64,000 nt of DNA, from positions 557,126-621,125 of the forward strand of contig JAJDCD010000023.1 of NCBI GenBank assembly GCA_029261035.1. Reading direction: 5' to 3'. This document shows positions 1 to 8,512 of the stretch, in pieces (position 1 is the first letter of the stretch; every line of letters begins with the position of its first letter). The notes beneath the pieces are model-generated. The model had not been told where the DNA came from. It did no database searches and saw nothing but the letters and a program-made list of their open reading frames with translations. Source of the DNA: Candidatus Omnitrophota bacterium (GTDB lineage Bacteria > Omnitrophota > Omnitrophia > Omnitrophales > JACROU01). Made by a program: the position numbers and the translations under genes.

Positions 1-60
1 CGTGATAGCCATCTGCCTATAGGTAGATGGCTATTTCAGATATCGTTTTTCAATTAGAGG

Positions 61-477
61 TTATGCAACCTCGATAACTTCAACTTCGAAATGAAGTTCT
101 TTTCCGGCTAAAGGGTGGTTGAAGTCTACAGTAACATTTTCGTCATCTAATTCTTTAACAATTCCACGAACGTTTTGTCCTTCGGGGGTTTGGCTTGTTA
201 AGATCATCCCTATTTCAAGAGGGTTAATATTTACCTGGGATTTAGGCACTTGTATAATTGCTTCCTGGTGAAAGGGGCCGTAAGCATCGTCTGGGCCTAT
301 AAAAACTTCTTTTTTATCTCCCGGCTTTAAGCCTTCTAGAGCGACTTCAAGCCCTTTAATAATCTGACCTGAACCCTGCTCGTATTCTAAAGGGTCTTTT
401 TCTAGTGAGCTATCAACAACTTCTTTATTAACTTTAAGCGTGTAATGTATTTTAACTTTCTTCCCGTTGCTGATCAT
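61..477 (-). CDS. FKBP-type peptidyl-prolyl cis-trans isomerase (SlyD/FkpB-like, no His-rich tail)
   Basis: 138 aa; FKBP fold motifs (GKKVKIHYTLK..., DxAYGP) and an IF-domain insertion typical of the SlyD/SlpA subfamily. Confidence 0.8.
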   Translation of the reverse strand: MISNGKKVKIHYTLKVNKEVVDSSLEKDPLEYEQGSGQIIKGLEVALEGLKPGDKKEVFIGPDDAYGPFHQEAIIQVPKSQVNINPLEIGMILTSQTPEGQNVRGIVKELDDENVTVDFNHPLAGKELHFEVEVIEVA

Positions 478-692
478 GGAGTTCTCCTATATATAGTGAA
501 AATAAAGGGTTTGTATGAATTTCCTGAGTTGTGCTTAAAAATAGGATATTAATATTCGTTTTAAAATCTGTCAACACTTCATGTATTTAGAGTTATTTTT
601 GGTTTAAAGCGTAATTGTGACAGTGAATATGGTATTATGTCCAAAATCATGTTTTATTGACTAAAAATAGTCAATTAATTATAGGAGGAGTT

Positions 693-1010
693 ATGTTTAA
701 GAAGTTATGTTTATTGATGATTATTTCTGTTTTTGTTTTTGGTGGGACTTCTGTTTATGCGGAAAAAGGGGCAAGCGTTGCGGGTTTAGAACATGCAAGC
801 GATGAAGCTGTTTTTAATCGTGTGTCCGATTGGTTTGCAACGGTTGGCAAATCTCCAGAAGAAAAACAAGTTGTTCTAGCTAAAAGAAAAGCTGCTCGTA
901 TTGCTAAAAAAGCAGAAAAGAGGGCTAAAGCAAAAACTAAAGAGGCTGAAAAGGGAATGAAAGAAGCTAAAAAAGATATGAAGAGTGGTTTAAATAGTTT
1001 GTCTAAATAG
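693..1010 (+). CDS. secreted lysine-rich hypothetical protein
   Basis: AGGAGG RBS 4 nt upstream of the ATG at 693; signal peptide MFKKLCLLMIISVFVFGGTSVYA; KA/KE-rich C-terminus; ORF-track start 657 looks like an N-terminal extension. Confidence 0.5.
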   Translation: MFKKLCLLMIISVFVFGGTSVYAEKGASVAGLEHASDEAVFNRVSDWFATVGKSPEEKQVVLAKRKAARIAKKAEKRAKAKTKEAEKGMKEAKKDMKSGLNSLSK

Positions 1011-1024
1011 AATATTGTAATAAT

Positions 1025-1068
1025 AAAAAGGGGAGAATCTTATTTCAAGATTCTCCCCTTTTTTTGTT
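1025..1068. terminator. bidirectional rho-independent terminator between convergent genes
   Basis: aaaaaggggagaatct-loop-agattctcccctttttt; perfect GC-rich stem with A-run and T-run flanks. Confidence 0.8.
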
Positions 1069-1077
1069 TGCAGATAA

Positions 1078-1917
1078 TTAGAAGCTGATACTTGTGTCAA
1101 TCATGAAATAGAATTCATTATTTGGATTAACGGTATCAGATTTTGATACTTGATAAGCAAATGTTGGAGTTACAGCAACGTTGAATGGGAAAGAAAAGCC
1201 AACGCCCCATGTCTGAGTCCAATAGGCTAAACCATCTTCAAATCCGATTTGATTTCCAGAATAAAAACCAAAAGTGTTTGTATAAGCCAATGCAAGTCCT
1301 TCTTCTTGAAAAGGAAGTTTTTCACTGTAAGGAATAGGAACTTCAATTCCAAGATCGATCTGATGATACCAACCATCATCAATTCCCCCAGAGCCTACAT
1401 CTTTGTTACCAAAATCGTAAGCACCCATATAACCAACGCTCACAGGAATTTTATCTCCGAAGATAGGAAGATCAGTTCCTTCAGGAAGAGGAATGTAGTT
1501 AAGTGTAGCGCTAAATGCAAATTCATTAATGTCGCCATCACTGCTAGCATTGAAAAAATCATAATAGGTATATGTGGTACCTACGTTCAACCAATCAAAA
1601 ACATCCACATCAATACTTCCCCAGTAGTCTTGCTCGTCAAGAGCTTCGTTGCCACCTTCTAGAGCATAAGAACCCCAAAAACCACCCGCAAAGTTAACTT
1701 TACCAATGCTTGTGCCTATGGTTGCGTAAGGTTGAGTAGCCGGACCACCAGCAAATGTATCTATACCACGAAAAACATATTTCGTTACAAAGGTATTACC
1801 CACATCAAGACTAATTTCTTGTCCTCCAACTTCAAAAGCAGAAGCATAAGGTTGGAATCCTAATAGCAATGCTAGGAAACAACCTAAAATACTGTTTCTT
1901 AAGGTTTTCTTTTTCAT
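1078..1917 (-). CDS. outer-membrane beta-barrel protein (porin-like)
   Basis: RBS tcaggagaaa before the ATG at 1917 (MKKKTLRN...); signal peptide ending ASA-FE; alternating amphipathic strands; C-terminal ...SISF aromatic terminus typical of OMP barrels. Confidence 0.6.
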   Translation of the reverse strand: MKKKTLRNSILGCFLALLLGFQPYASAFEVGGQEISLDVGNTFVTKYVFRGIDTFAGGPATQPYATIGTSIGKVNFAGGFWGSYALEGGNEALDEQDYWGSIDVDVFDWLNVGTTYTYYDFFNASSDGDINEFAFSATLNYIPLPEGTDLPIFGDKIPVSVGYMGAYDFGNKDVGSGGIDDGWYHQIDLGIEVPIPYSEKLPFQEEGLALAYTNTFGFYSGNQIGFEDGLAYWTQTWGVGFSFPFNVAVTPTFAYQVSKSDTVNPNNEFYFMIDTSISF

Positions 1918-2086
1918 TGATTTCTCCTGAGTTATAAATAATGTAAAAATTAACAAACACATCAATTTGTCGTCTTTTTACATTTTTGTCGTATCATTTA
2001 AGCATTATTACTTAAATTCTAAACAGATTACCAGATTATATATCAAAGTTTGTGCCAAGAAAAAAAAAATATTCCTTTAATTAGAA

Positions 2087-2116
2087 TTAGGGGTTTTCTT
2101 GCTTGAAAACCCCTAA
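2087..2116 (-). terminator. hairpin terminator downstream of the DUF378 gene
   Basis: ttaggggttttc-ttgcttg-gaaaacccctaa. Confidence 0.5.
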
Positions 2117-2136
2117 TGTACTAATGAGGAAGGAGC

Positions 2137-2355
2137 TTATGCGCTTTTTTTAACGCAAGGGCAGCATTTAAAGATCGAAACAATCAAAAGCAGGCCGGCA
2201 ACACCAATAAGGGTATAGACGACGGTTGAAGCAGTTGTGGCTTCTCCAAGAGCTTTAGAAACCAGGTTGACATCGAATAAGGCTACTAAGCCCCAGTTCA
2301 GTGCTCCTAATCCACCCAATAATGTAATGATCTTACAGACAATACATTTTTTCAT
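2137..2355 (-). CDS. DUF378-family small membrane protein
   Basis: 72 aa, two TM segments; conserved GALNWGL motif of DUF378. Confidence 0.7.
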   Translation of the reverse strand: MKKCIVCKIITLLGGLGALNWGLVALFDVNLVSKALGEATTASTVVYTLIGVAGLLLIVSIFKCCPCVKKSA

Positions 2356-2401
2356 GTTGAGCCCCTTTTTTGTTATAGAGCCATTGGTTTCGACTCTATT
2401 G

Positions 2402-2809
2402 TTAAGATTTATGCAATAAACCTACAACGGCACCTGCAACAATCATCTGAACCATTCCTCCTAAAAACCAATAAATACATAAAATTGCTGGAATTGGAAG
2501 TACGGCGTACCAGGTTAATGAAGATAATGAGGATATTAATATTCCGATTAAAAACCCAAACTTAATACCTTGTCCAAGGCCTGCTTTTCCAGGATCGTAG
2601 CCTTTGCTATAGATAATCACAAAAACGGGGGCGAAAATGACATAACCGACCCACATGAGCCACATTAAAGACTGCATTTCAGCCTCAGGACGCCAAACAG
2701 CTGCTGTTTGTTGATAGATATCTTTTAGTAGAATTCCGTGAAGAACAAAATCTAGAATGAAGAAGACGATGAAGACGGCAATGCTTGCTATTAGACATTG
2801 TTTTTTCAT
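2402..2809 (-). CDS. hypothetical 4-TM membrane protein
   Basis: GGAGG RBS before the ATG at 2809 (MKKQCLIAS...); hydrophobic profile; ORF-track start 2878 rejected as extension. Confidence 0.5.
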   Translation of the reverse strand: MKKQCLIASIAVFIVFFILDFVLHGILLKDIYQQTAAVWRPEAEMQSLMWLMWVGYVIFAPVFVIIYSKGYDPGKAGLGQGIKFGFLIGILISSLSSLTWYAVLPIPAILCIYWFLGGMVQMIVAGAVVGLLHKS

Positions 2810-3110
2810 GTAAGCACCTCCTTGTTCGAAACTTTTTGAAATGAAACAAACCGTTATCATATATGCATATAAGTACAATTTATAGGAATGACATTAGCGG
2901 ATTATGAGACTATTTTCAAGTACTTTCGGTTTATCTCAAATGACGACTTGATTCATATCTAAAGTTTCTATTTGGCTTTCCTCAGTTGGGTACCTAGTGT
3001 GCGGGGTCTTTAGACCTGGCACACACAAAAACTTTATTGCCCAATGTTTGTTACAGGTTGCAAAACAAGTACTTATGAATTAAATATCTTTTAAATTATA
3101 TTATCAATCC

Positions 3111-3139
3111 TTGACAACTATCTTATCTTATTTAATATA
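3111..3139 (+). promoter_or_regulatory. sigma70-like promoter upstream of topA
   Basis: TTGACA (3111-3116), 17-nt spacer, AATATA/TAATAT-like -10 at ~3133-3139; ~65 nt before the topA ATG. Confidence 0.4.
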
Positions 3140-3206
3140 CGTTAACAGCTAGGGCAGACTATATATAGCAGCAAGTAGCTAATACTAAATATACAAAGGA
3201 TTTATT

Positions 3207-5807
3207 ATGGCTCAAAATAATTTAAAAGGGCTCGTGATTGTAGAATCTCCAACAAAGGTTAAGAAAATTGGAGGTTTTCTTTCAAAAGATTATAAGGTTA
3301 TGGCTTGTGTTGGCCATGTTCGAGATCTTCCTGCCAATTCGACAGAAGTTCCTGCAGATGTGAAAAAAGAATCATGGGCTTCATTAGGGGTTAATGTAGA
3401 TAAGGACTTTGAACCTCTTTATGTGGTTCCTAAGGCAAAGAAAAAGGTTATCAAGGATCTTAAAGATGCGGCCAAAAATGCGGCAGAGCTTATAATCGCG
3501 ACGGACGAAGACCGAGAAGGAGAAAGTATTGGTTGGCATTTGGTAGAGATTCTAAACCCTAAAGTGCCCGTCAAACGGATGGTATTTTCGGAAATCACGA
3601 AAGAGGCTATTCAGGAAGCTATTCAGAATCCGAGAGAGATTAATCAAAATTTAGTTAATGCTCAGGAAACCAGAAGAGTTTTAGACCGTCTTTTCGGGTA
3701 TACGCTGAGTCCCTTATTATGGAAAAAGGTGGCTCGTGGATTATCTGCAGGACGTGTTCAATCTGTTGCCACTCGTTTACTCGTGCTTCGAGAGTTAGAA
3801 AGAATGGCTTTTAAAAGTGGACAGTATTGGGATTTGAAAGCAGAACTTGCTACAGAGAAAGATGAAAGGTTTACAGCGAAGTTAAATAAACTTAAAGGAA
3901 CAAAAGTTGCCTCTGGAAAAGATTTTGACGAATCAACAGGTAAGCTAAAAAAAGACGCAAAGGTGCTCTTGTTGTCAGAGGAAGATGCTGTAAGTTTACG
4001 GGATAAAATAGTAGGACAACCTTGGGTTGTTTCTAAGATTGAAGAGAGAAAACAAACTAGAAAACCTTATGCTCCATTTACAACGAGTAGCCTTCAGCAA
4101 GAATCAAATCGCAAACTGGGTTTTACAGCTAGGCAGACCATGCAAATTGCACAAGGGTTGTATGAAAATGGGCACATTACTTATATGAGAACCGATAGCA
4201 CTAATTTGTCCAAGGAAGCTTTAAGCGCAACAAGAAAAAGAGTTGAAGAAAAATATGGAAAAGAATACCTATCACCGGAACCTCGTCAATTTACAAAAAA
4301 ATCTAAGGGAGCTCAAGAAGCGCATGAAGCTATTCGTCCTGCAGGTGGAGAAATGAAGACGTCAGAAGAGTTAGGTCTTTCAGGTCCGGGACATAAACTC
4401 TATTCTTTGATTTGGAAGAGAACCATGGCAACTCAGATGGCCGAAGCCAAATTGCGTTTTCAGACGGTGACGATTTCAGTTGATGATGCGGAGTTTAGAG
4501 CTGTGGGTAAGAGAGTGGATTTCCCTGGTTTTTTCAGAGCTTATGTTGAAGGGGTGGATGATCCTGAGGCGGCTTTGGACGATCAAGAAGAAAATTTACC
4601 TCATTTAGAAGAAAAACAATCTGTAGATTGTAAGGATTTGGAGTCTTTGGTGCATGAAACAAAACCACCCGCTCGATATACAGAAGCTACTCTTGTGAAA
4701 GGGTTGGAAGAAGACGGGATTGGGAGGCCTAGTACTTACGCATCTATTATTGGGACGATTCAGGATCGAGGGTATGTTGTTAAAGTGGGAACTCAGTTAG
4801 TTCCAACGTTTACAGCGATTGCTGTTAACCAACTTTTAGAACGAAACTTTTCTCGCCTGGTTGATTTTAGTTTTACAGCAGAGATGGAAAAATATTTAGA
4901 TGACATTGCTTCGGGAGATCGGGATCGGTTACAGTATCTTCAAGATTTTTATTCTGGAGCAGAAGGGCTTGCAGAACAAGTTAAAACTAAAGAGGCTTCT
5001 ATTGACGCTAGAGAAACTTGCACGCTGAAGTTGGCAGGGCTTGATACAGATATTCGTGTTGGACGTTATGGACCTTTTTTTGAGAAAGAAGAAGCGGGAG
5101 AAAAAATAACGGCTTCTATTCCTCCAAATATTGCGCCTGCTGATTTAGATAATGATATGATTGAAAAATTGTTGTATGAAAAAAAGCAAGGCCCAACCTC
5201 CTTAGGAGAGCATCCGGAAACATCCTTACCTGTTTATGTTTTACGAGGCCCCTTTGGTCCTTATGTTCAAATGGGGGATGTTACAGAAGAAAATAAAAAA
5301 CCTAAAAGAACCAGCATTCCTAAAAACCGAGAGCCGGAATCTGTGGATATGGAAATTGCCATAGCTTTGCTAGGTCTTCCTAAAAAATTGGGAGAACATC
5401 CCGAAACAGGTAAAGTGGTGAATGCGGCGATTGGACGTTATGGTCCTTATGTGACGCATAATGGAGTCTTTAAGTCGTTAGGAAAAGATTATGATGTTTT
5501 GACTGTTGATTTGGACACAGCTGTTGAGTTGTTAAAGCAAGCTAAATCCAGAGCTACAGCCACTCCGATCAAAGAGTTAGGGAAGCATCCTGATGATGAA
5601 CAGCTTGTTGCTATTTACGATGGACGTTATGGCCCCTATGTGAAGCATGGAAAAATAAATGCGACCATTCCAAAAGGATATGAGATTGACCAGGTTTCAT
5701 TAGAAGAAGCAGTTCAGTGGGTGAATGATAAAGCAGCTCAAAAAGGTGGTAAGAAGAAAGTTGCTAAGAAGAAAAAAGCAGCTAAGAAGAAAAGAAAAAA
5801 AGAATAA
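3207..5807 (+). CDS. topA: DNA topoisomerase I with four C-terminal Topo_C repeats and a lysine-rich tail
   Basis: Toprim N-terminus (LVIVESPTKVKKI, DEDREGE); catalytic region (GHITYMRTDS); four GRYGP(F/Y) repeat modules with no Cys4 zinc ribbons; tail KKKVAKKKKAAKKKRKKE. Confidence 0.9.
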   Translation: MAQNNLKGLVIVESPTKVKKIGGFLSKDYKVMACVGHVRDLPANSTEVPADVKKESWASLGVNVDKDFEPLYVVPKAKKKVIKDLKDAAKNAAELIIATDEDREGESIGWHLVEILNPKVPVKRMVFSEITKEAIQEAIQNPREINQNLVNAQETRRVLDRLFGYTLSPLLWKKVARGLSAGRVQSVATRLLVLRELERMAFKSGQYWDLKAELATEKDERFTAKLNKLKGTKVASGKDFDESTGKLKKDAKVLLLSEEDAVSLRDKIVGQPWVVSKIEERKQTRKPYAPFTTSSLQQESNRKLGFTARQTMQIAQGLYENGHITYMRTDSTNLSKEALSATRKRVEEKYGKEYLSPEPRQFTKKSKGAQEAHEAIRPAGGEMKTSEELGLSGPGHKLYSLIWKRTMATQMAEAKLRFQTVTISVDDAEFRAVGKRVDFPGFFRAYVEGVDDPEAALDDQEENLPHLEEKQSVDCKDLESLVHETKPPARYTEATLVKGLEEDGIGRPSTYASIIGTIQDRGYVVKVGTQLVPTFTAIAVNQLLERNFSRLVDFSFTAEMEKYLDDIASGDRDRLQYLQDFYSGAEGLAEQVKTKEASIDARETCTLKLAGLDTDIRVGRYGPFFEKEEAGEKITASIPPNIAPADLDNDMIEKLLYEKKQGPTSLGEHPETSLPVYVLRGPFGPYVQMGDVTEENKKPKRTSIPKNREPESVDMEIAIALLGLPKKLGEHPETGKVVNAAIGRYGPYVTHNGVFKSLGKDYDVLTVDLDTAVELLKQAKSRATATPIKELGKHPDDEQLVAIYDGRYGPYVKHGKINATIPKGYEIDQVSLEEAVQWVNDKAAQKGGKKKVAKKKKAAKKKRKKE

Positions 5808-5867
5808 AATATCTTGTTATAATATGTGCTTGTTTATTCAATTAAATGAAACAGAAGGAAGTAAGCA

Positions 5868-5987
5868 ATGAAAAAAGTAATATTTGTTGTTCTTTGTTTG
5901 GTTGTTCTTTCCTCTTTTTATGGATGTGAAACAGTTAAAGGAGTAGGTAAAGACATTACCAGTCTTGGCGAAGCTATGAGTGGCTAG
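5868..5987 (+). CDS. entericidin A/B-family small lipoprotein (39 aa), below the ORF-track cutoff
   Basis: MKKVIFVVLCLVVLSSFYG-C-ETVKGVGKDITSLGEAMSG matches the entericidin pattern (lipobox Cys then NT.GxGxDIxxxG); RBS aggaag 6 nt upstream; terminator follows. Confidence 0.75.
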   Translation: MKKVIFVVLCLVVLSSFYGCETVKGVGKDITSLGEAMSG

Positions 5988-6005
5988 TCGAACCTGCATT
6001 GTTTT

Positions 6006-6041
6006 GAGGGTAAAAAAATTTTCTACCCTCATTTTGTTTTT
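6006..6041 (+). terminator. rho-independent terminator after the entericidin gene
   Basis: gagggtaaaaaaattttctaccctc followed by attttgttttt. Confidence 0.65.
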
Positions 6042-6058
6042 AAAAAGGATTAGGAACT

Positions 6059-6286
6059 ATGGAAACAAAGAGAAGAAGTATAGTTAAGGCAATTAGTTGG
6101 CGGTTTTTTGCTACATTTATTACTGCTGTGATTGTTTGGGCTTTAACGGGGGAGTTAAAGTTTGCTGCAACAGTAGGCTTATTGGATACGGTTTTTAAAC
6201 TCTTCATTTATTTTTTCCATGAAAGAATTTGGCTTAGAATTCCTTTTGGACGCGAAGTGTCCAAACCTCCAGAATACGAAATCTAA
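6059..6286 (+). CDS. DUF2061-family membrane protein
   Basis: 75 aa; KRRSIVKAISWRFFATFIT...FHERIWLRI matches the DUF2061 signature. Confidence 0.7.
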   Translation: METKRRSIVKAISWRFFATFITAVIVWALTGELKFAATVGLLDTVFKLFIYFFHERIWLRIPFGREVSKPPEYEI

Positions 6287-6303
6287 ATAAAACTAGCCGG
6301 TAT

Positions 6304-6795
6304 TTATTTTATAAAGGAATTTTTCTTGGAAGAATTTTTGCTGACGGTTTCTTCGAGTAGGTCTAAATCATTGAGAAGCAGAAAATAGCCAATATGCATT
6401 TCTCCATTAGAGAGTCTTACATAGTGGGGTTTTCCACTGGTAGATCTCCAAATATGATCTCTCATAAATTCTCGAGCGGTTTGGCCTTCCTCATAGCGAT
6501 TTTCTAGAAGCCACATTCCGCCATCGTAGGCATCTCCTGATGTGTAGACATCTCCATCACGAAAAAATTGATACTCTGTCTTTTTCAAGACGCGTCTTAA
6601 TAGGAAGAGACACTTGTCTCTTTCGCTTTGACTGCTTTTCAAAAAGAGTTTGTATGCTTGGGTGTTCTCTAGAGGTGTTTCTCCAAGGTAAACAACAGTT
6701 CCGTCAGGGGAAACCCCTTGAAGGTAGGTAGAACAACTTGTGAATAGAAGACACAATATAAGTAGAGGTTGAATTATTAAAGAATATTTATTCAT
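6304..6795 (-). CDS. hypothetical lipoprotein
   Basis: signal peptide with lipobox LFTSC; no recognisable domain. Confidence 0.5.
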   Translation of the reverse strand: MNKYSLIIQPLLILCLLFTSCSTYLQGVSPDGTVVYLGETPLENTQAYKLFLKSSQSERDKCLFLLRRVLKKTEYQFFRDGDVYTSGDAYDGGMWLLENRYEEGQTAREFMRDHIWRSTSGKPHYVRLSNGEMHIGYFLLLNDLDLLEETVSKNSSKKNSFIK

Positions 6796-6910
6796 AAGTA
6801 ATCTCGCTTTAAATAGTTTTGTCCTGGATTAATATATCGGCAAAGAACAGGTAAATATTAAGGAAGTTTTTTTGATATGAAGCTATATTGAGGAGAGGCT
6901 ATAGTCTGAA

Positions 6911-7789
6911 TTATTTTAGGCCAGCTTTCTTATAAATTTCTGTGATAGGCTTTTCTTTGTTGAGGGTGTAGAAATGAATGCCGGGCACTCCATGAGCAAG
7001 AAGATCTTGGCATTGTTTGGCTGCAAAATCGATTCCGAATTTTTCTATAGAATCATTGTCATCTCCGTATTCATCTAACTTGTCTTGTAAATTTTTAGGT
7101 ATTTTAGAACCACACATCTTTGCAAATCGTTGGATTTGTTTTCCGTTGGTTACAGGGATAAGACCTGGAATAATGGGTTGGGTGATTCCTAAAGCTCTTA
7201 CTTTTTCTTCAAAGGCATAAAAATCATTATTATCAAAAAAAAGCTGTGTCGTGATGATGTCGCTTCCGGCATCCATCTTAATTTTTAAATTATTCAAGTC
7301 TGTTGTTAAATCGGAGCATTCAATATGGCCTTCGGGGTAACCCGCGACGATTAAACAAAAGTAATCTTTGAAGTCGGGGTGTTGACGAATAAAAGATACA
7401 AGCTCATTGGCATACTGAAAACCGTTTTCTATTTTTTCGGGTTCAGAGCCATCTTGGGGCGCATCCCCTCTAAGGGCTACGATGTTTTCTACTTCTTTTT
7501 CTTTTAGCTCATATAAAAGCTCTTCCATTTGTTTTTTATCATGAGCAATACAAGTAAGATGAGAAGCTACTTCTAGCTGAAAGTCTTTTTTTATTTTTTC
7601 TATAATTTCGAAAGTGTTTGTGCGAGTGCTTCCCATAGCTCCATACGTACAGGTGACGTAGGAAGGTTCTAACGTTTTGAGAGCTTTAATCGTTTCAAAG
7701 AGTTTCTCAGAGGCCTCAGGGGTCTTTGGAGGAAAAAACTCGAACGAGAAAACAGGTTTATCTTGTGTGTAAAATTCGGATACCTTCAT
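6911..7789 (-). CDS. metF: 5,10-methylenetetrahydrofolate reductase
   Basis: MKVSEFYTQDKPVFSFEFFPPKT N-terminus and TIM-barrel MTHFR motifs; ORF-track start 7948 is an upstream extension. Confidence 0.85.
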   Translation of the reverse strand: MKVSEFYTQDKPVFSFEFFPPKTPEASEKLFETIKALKTLEPSYVTCTYGAMGSTRTNTFEIIEKIKKDFQLEVASHLTCIAHDKKQMEELLYELKEKEVENIVALRGDAPQDGSEPEKIENGFQYANELVSFIRQHPDFKDYFCLIVAGYPEGHIECSDLTTDLNNLKIKMDAGSDIITTQLFFDNNDFYAFEEKVRALGITQPIIPGLIPVTNGKQIQRFAKMCGSKIPKNLQDKLDEYGDDNDSIEKFGIDFAAKQCQDLLAHGVPGIHFYTLNKEKPITEIYKKAGLK

Positions 7790-7874
7790 AAGGAGATATA
7801 TAATAAACGATTTCTCGAGAATCAAAAAGCATAAATTTAGTTTATTTGCTATAATTGTGTTGTAAGGAGTTTTT

Positions 7875-8288
7875 GTGAACCGATGGGTTAAATCATTTCT
7901 TTTGACAGGGCTTTTAACGGCTGTTTGCTTTTCCTTAAACTTTTGCACTCTTCAAAGTGCATTTGCTGTAGGAGAGGCATCTTCGTGCCACGGTGTGTCT
8001 AAGTCTCAAGTGGAACAGGTTAGCTGTCATGGGTCTCAAGAGAAGTCTGATTTTCCTATTCAAAAATTAGAATGCTGTTTTGATTCTATAAAAGTAGAGT
8101 CGGGCTCATTTCAGAGCCGTTCTGATTTTTATCTCGATTTATTTGATTCTTTATTGCTTCCTTATCCTATTCAAATTCCTCAAGAAGTAAAACCGCTATT
8201 TGAGCACACACATAATTTCTCTTCTTTTATTGTTTCAAATGTTGTTAATCATACGTTTGCCTTGCGGGCACCTCCTGTAGTTCGATAA
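7875..8288 (+). CDS. secreted Cys/His-cluster hypothetical protein (paralog family with 18483..18884)
   Basis: GTG start with AAGGAG RBS 5 nt upstream; signal peptide ...QSAFA; motifs SSCHG, SCHG, ECCFD. Confidence 0.55.
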   Translation: MNRWVKSFLLTGLLTAVCFSLNFCTLQSAFAVGEASSCHGVSKSQVEQVSCHGSQEKSDFPIQKLECCFDSIKVESGSFQSRSDFYLDLFDSLLLPYPIQIPQEVKPLFEHTHNFSSFIVSNVVNHTFALRAPPVVR

Positions 8289-8341
8289 AACTAAATTGTT
8301 CTGTTTTTAAATTTAAATTATTGAATTCAAAGGAGTGTGTT

Positions 8342-8470
8342 ATGAATAAAATTAATTTGTTATTTTCAATGATGTTAGTTGCTGTAGTGGTATTCACAGC
8401 AACAAATGCATTTGCGAATGCATGTTGTGCTGCAGTTGTTTGTTGCGCGCCACAAGCAGCTTGTTGCTAA
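8342..8470 (+). CDS. 42-aa secreted Cys-rich peptide (mature NACCAAVVCCAPQAACC), below the ORF-track cutoff
   Basis: AAAGGAG RBS; signal peptide MNKINLLFSMMLVAVVVFTATNAFA; three CC pairs in a 17-aa mature region; strong terminator immediately downstream. Confidence 0.5.
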   Translation: MNKINLLFSMMLVAVVVFTATNAFANACCAAVVCCAPQAACC

Positions 8471-8475
8471 ACACC

Positions 8476-8507
8476 AAGGGCCAGGATTTATTCCTGGCCC
8501 TTTTTTT
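8476..8507 (+). terminator. rho-independent terminator
   Basis: aagggccagga-ttta-ttcctggccc followed by ttttttt. Confidence 0.8.
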
Positions 8508-8512
8508 AAAGA

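Noticed and set aside
1249-1662. 137-aa ORF on the + strand inside the outer-membrane protein gene
   Set aside because: It lies entirely antisense to a well-supported OMP gene, has a Lys/Ile/Asn-rich low-complexity translation typical of AT-rich antisense frames, and has no RBS.
2995-3030. Hairpin gtgtgcggggtctttagacctggcacacac in the divergent region upstream of topA
   Set aside because: It is not positioned as a terminator for either flanking gene and has no T-run. It could be regulatory, but there is no supporting evidence.
5838-6032. 64-aa minus-strand ORF
   Set aside because: It overlaps the entericidin gene and its terminator on the opposite strand. The entericidin ORF has the RBS, lipobox and family match, and this one has none.
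7790-7948. N-terminal extension of metF (ORF-track start 7948)
   Set aside because: The conserved MTHFR N-terminus begins at the internal Met (7789). The extension overlaps the divergent gene start at 7875.
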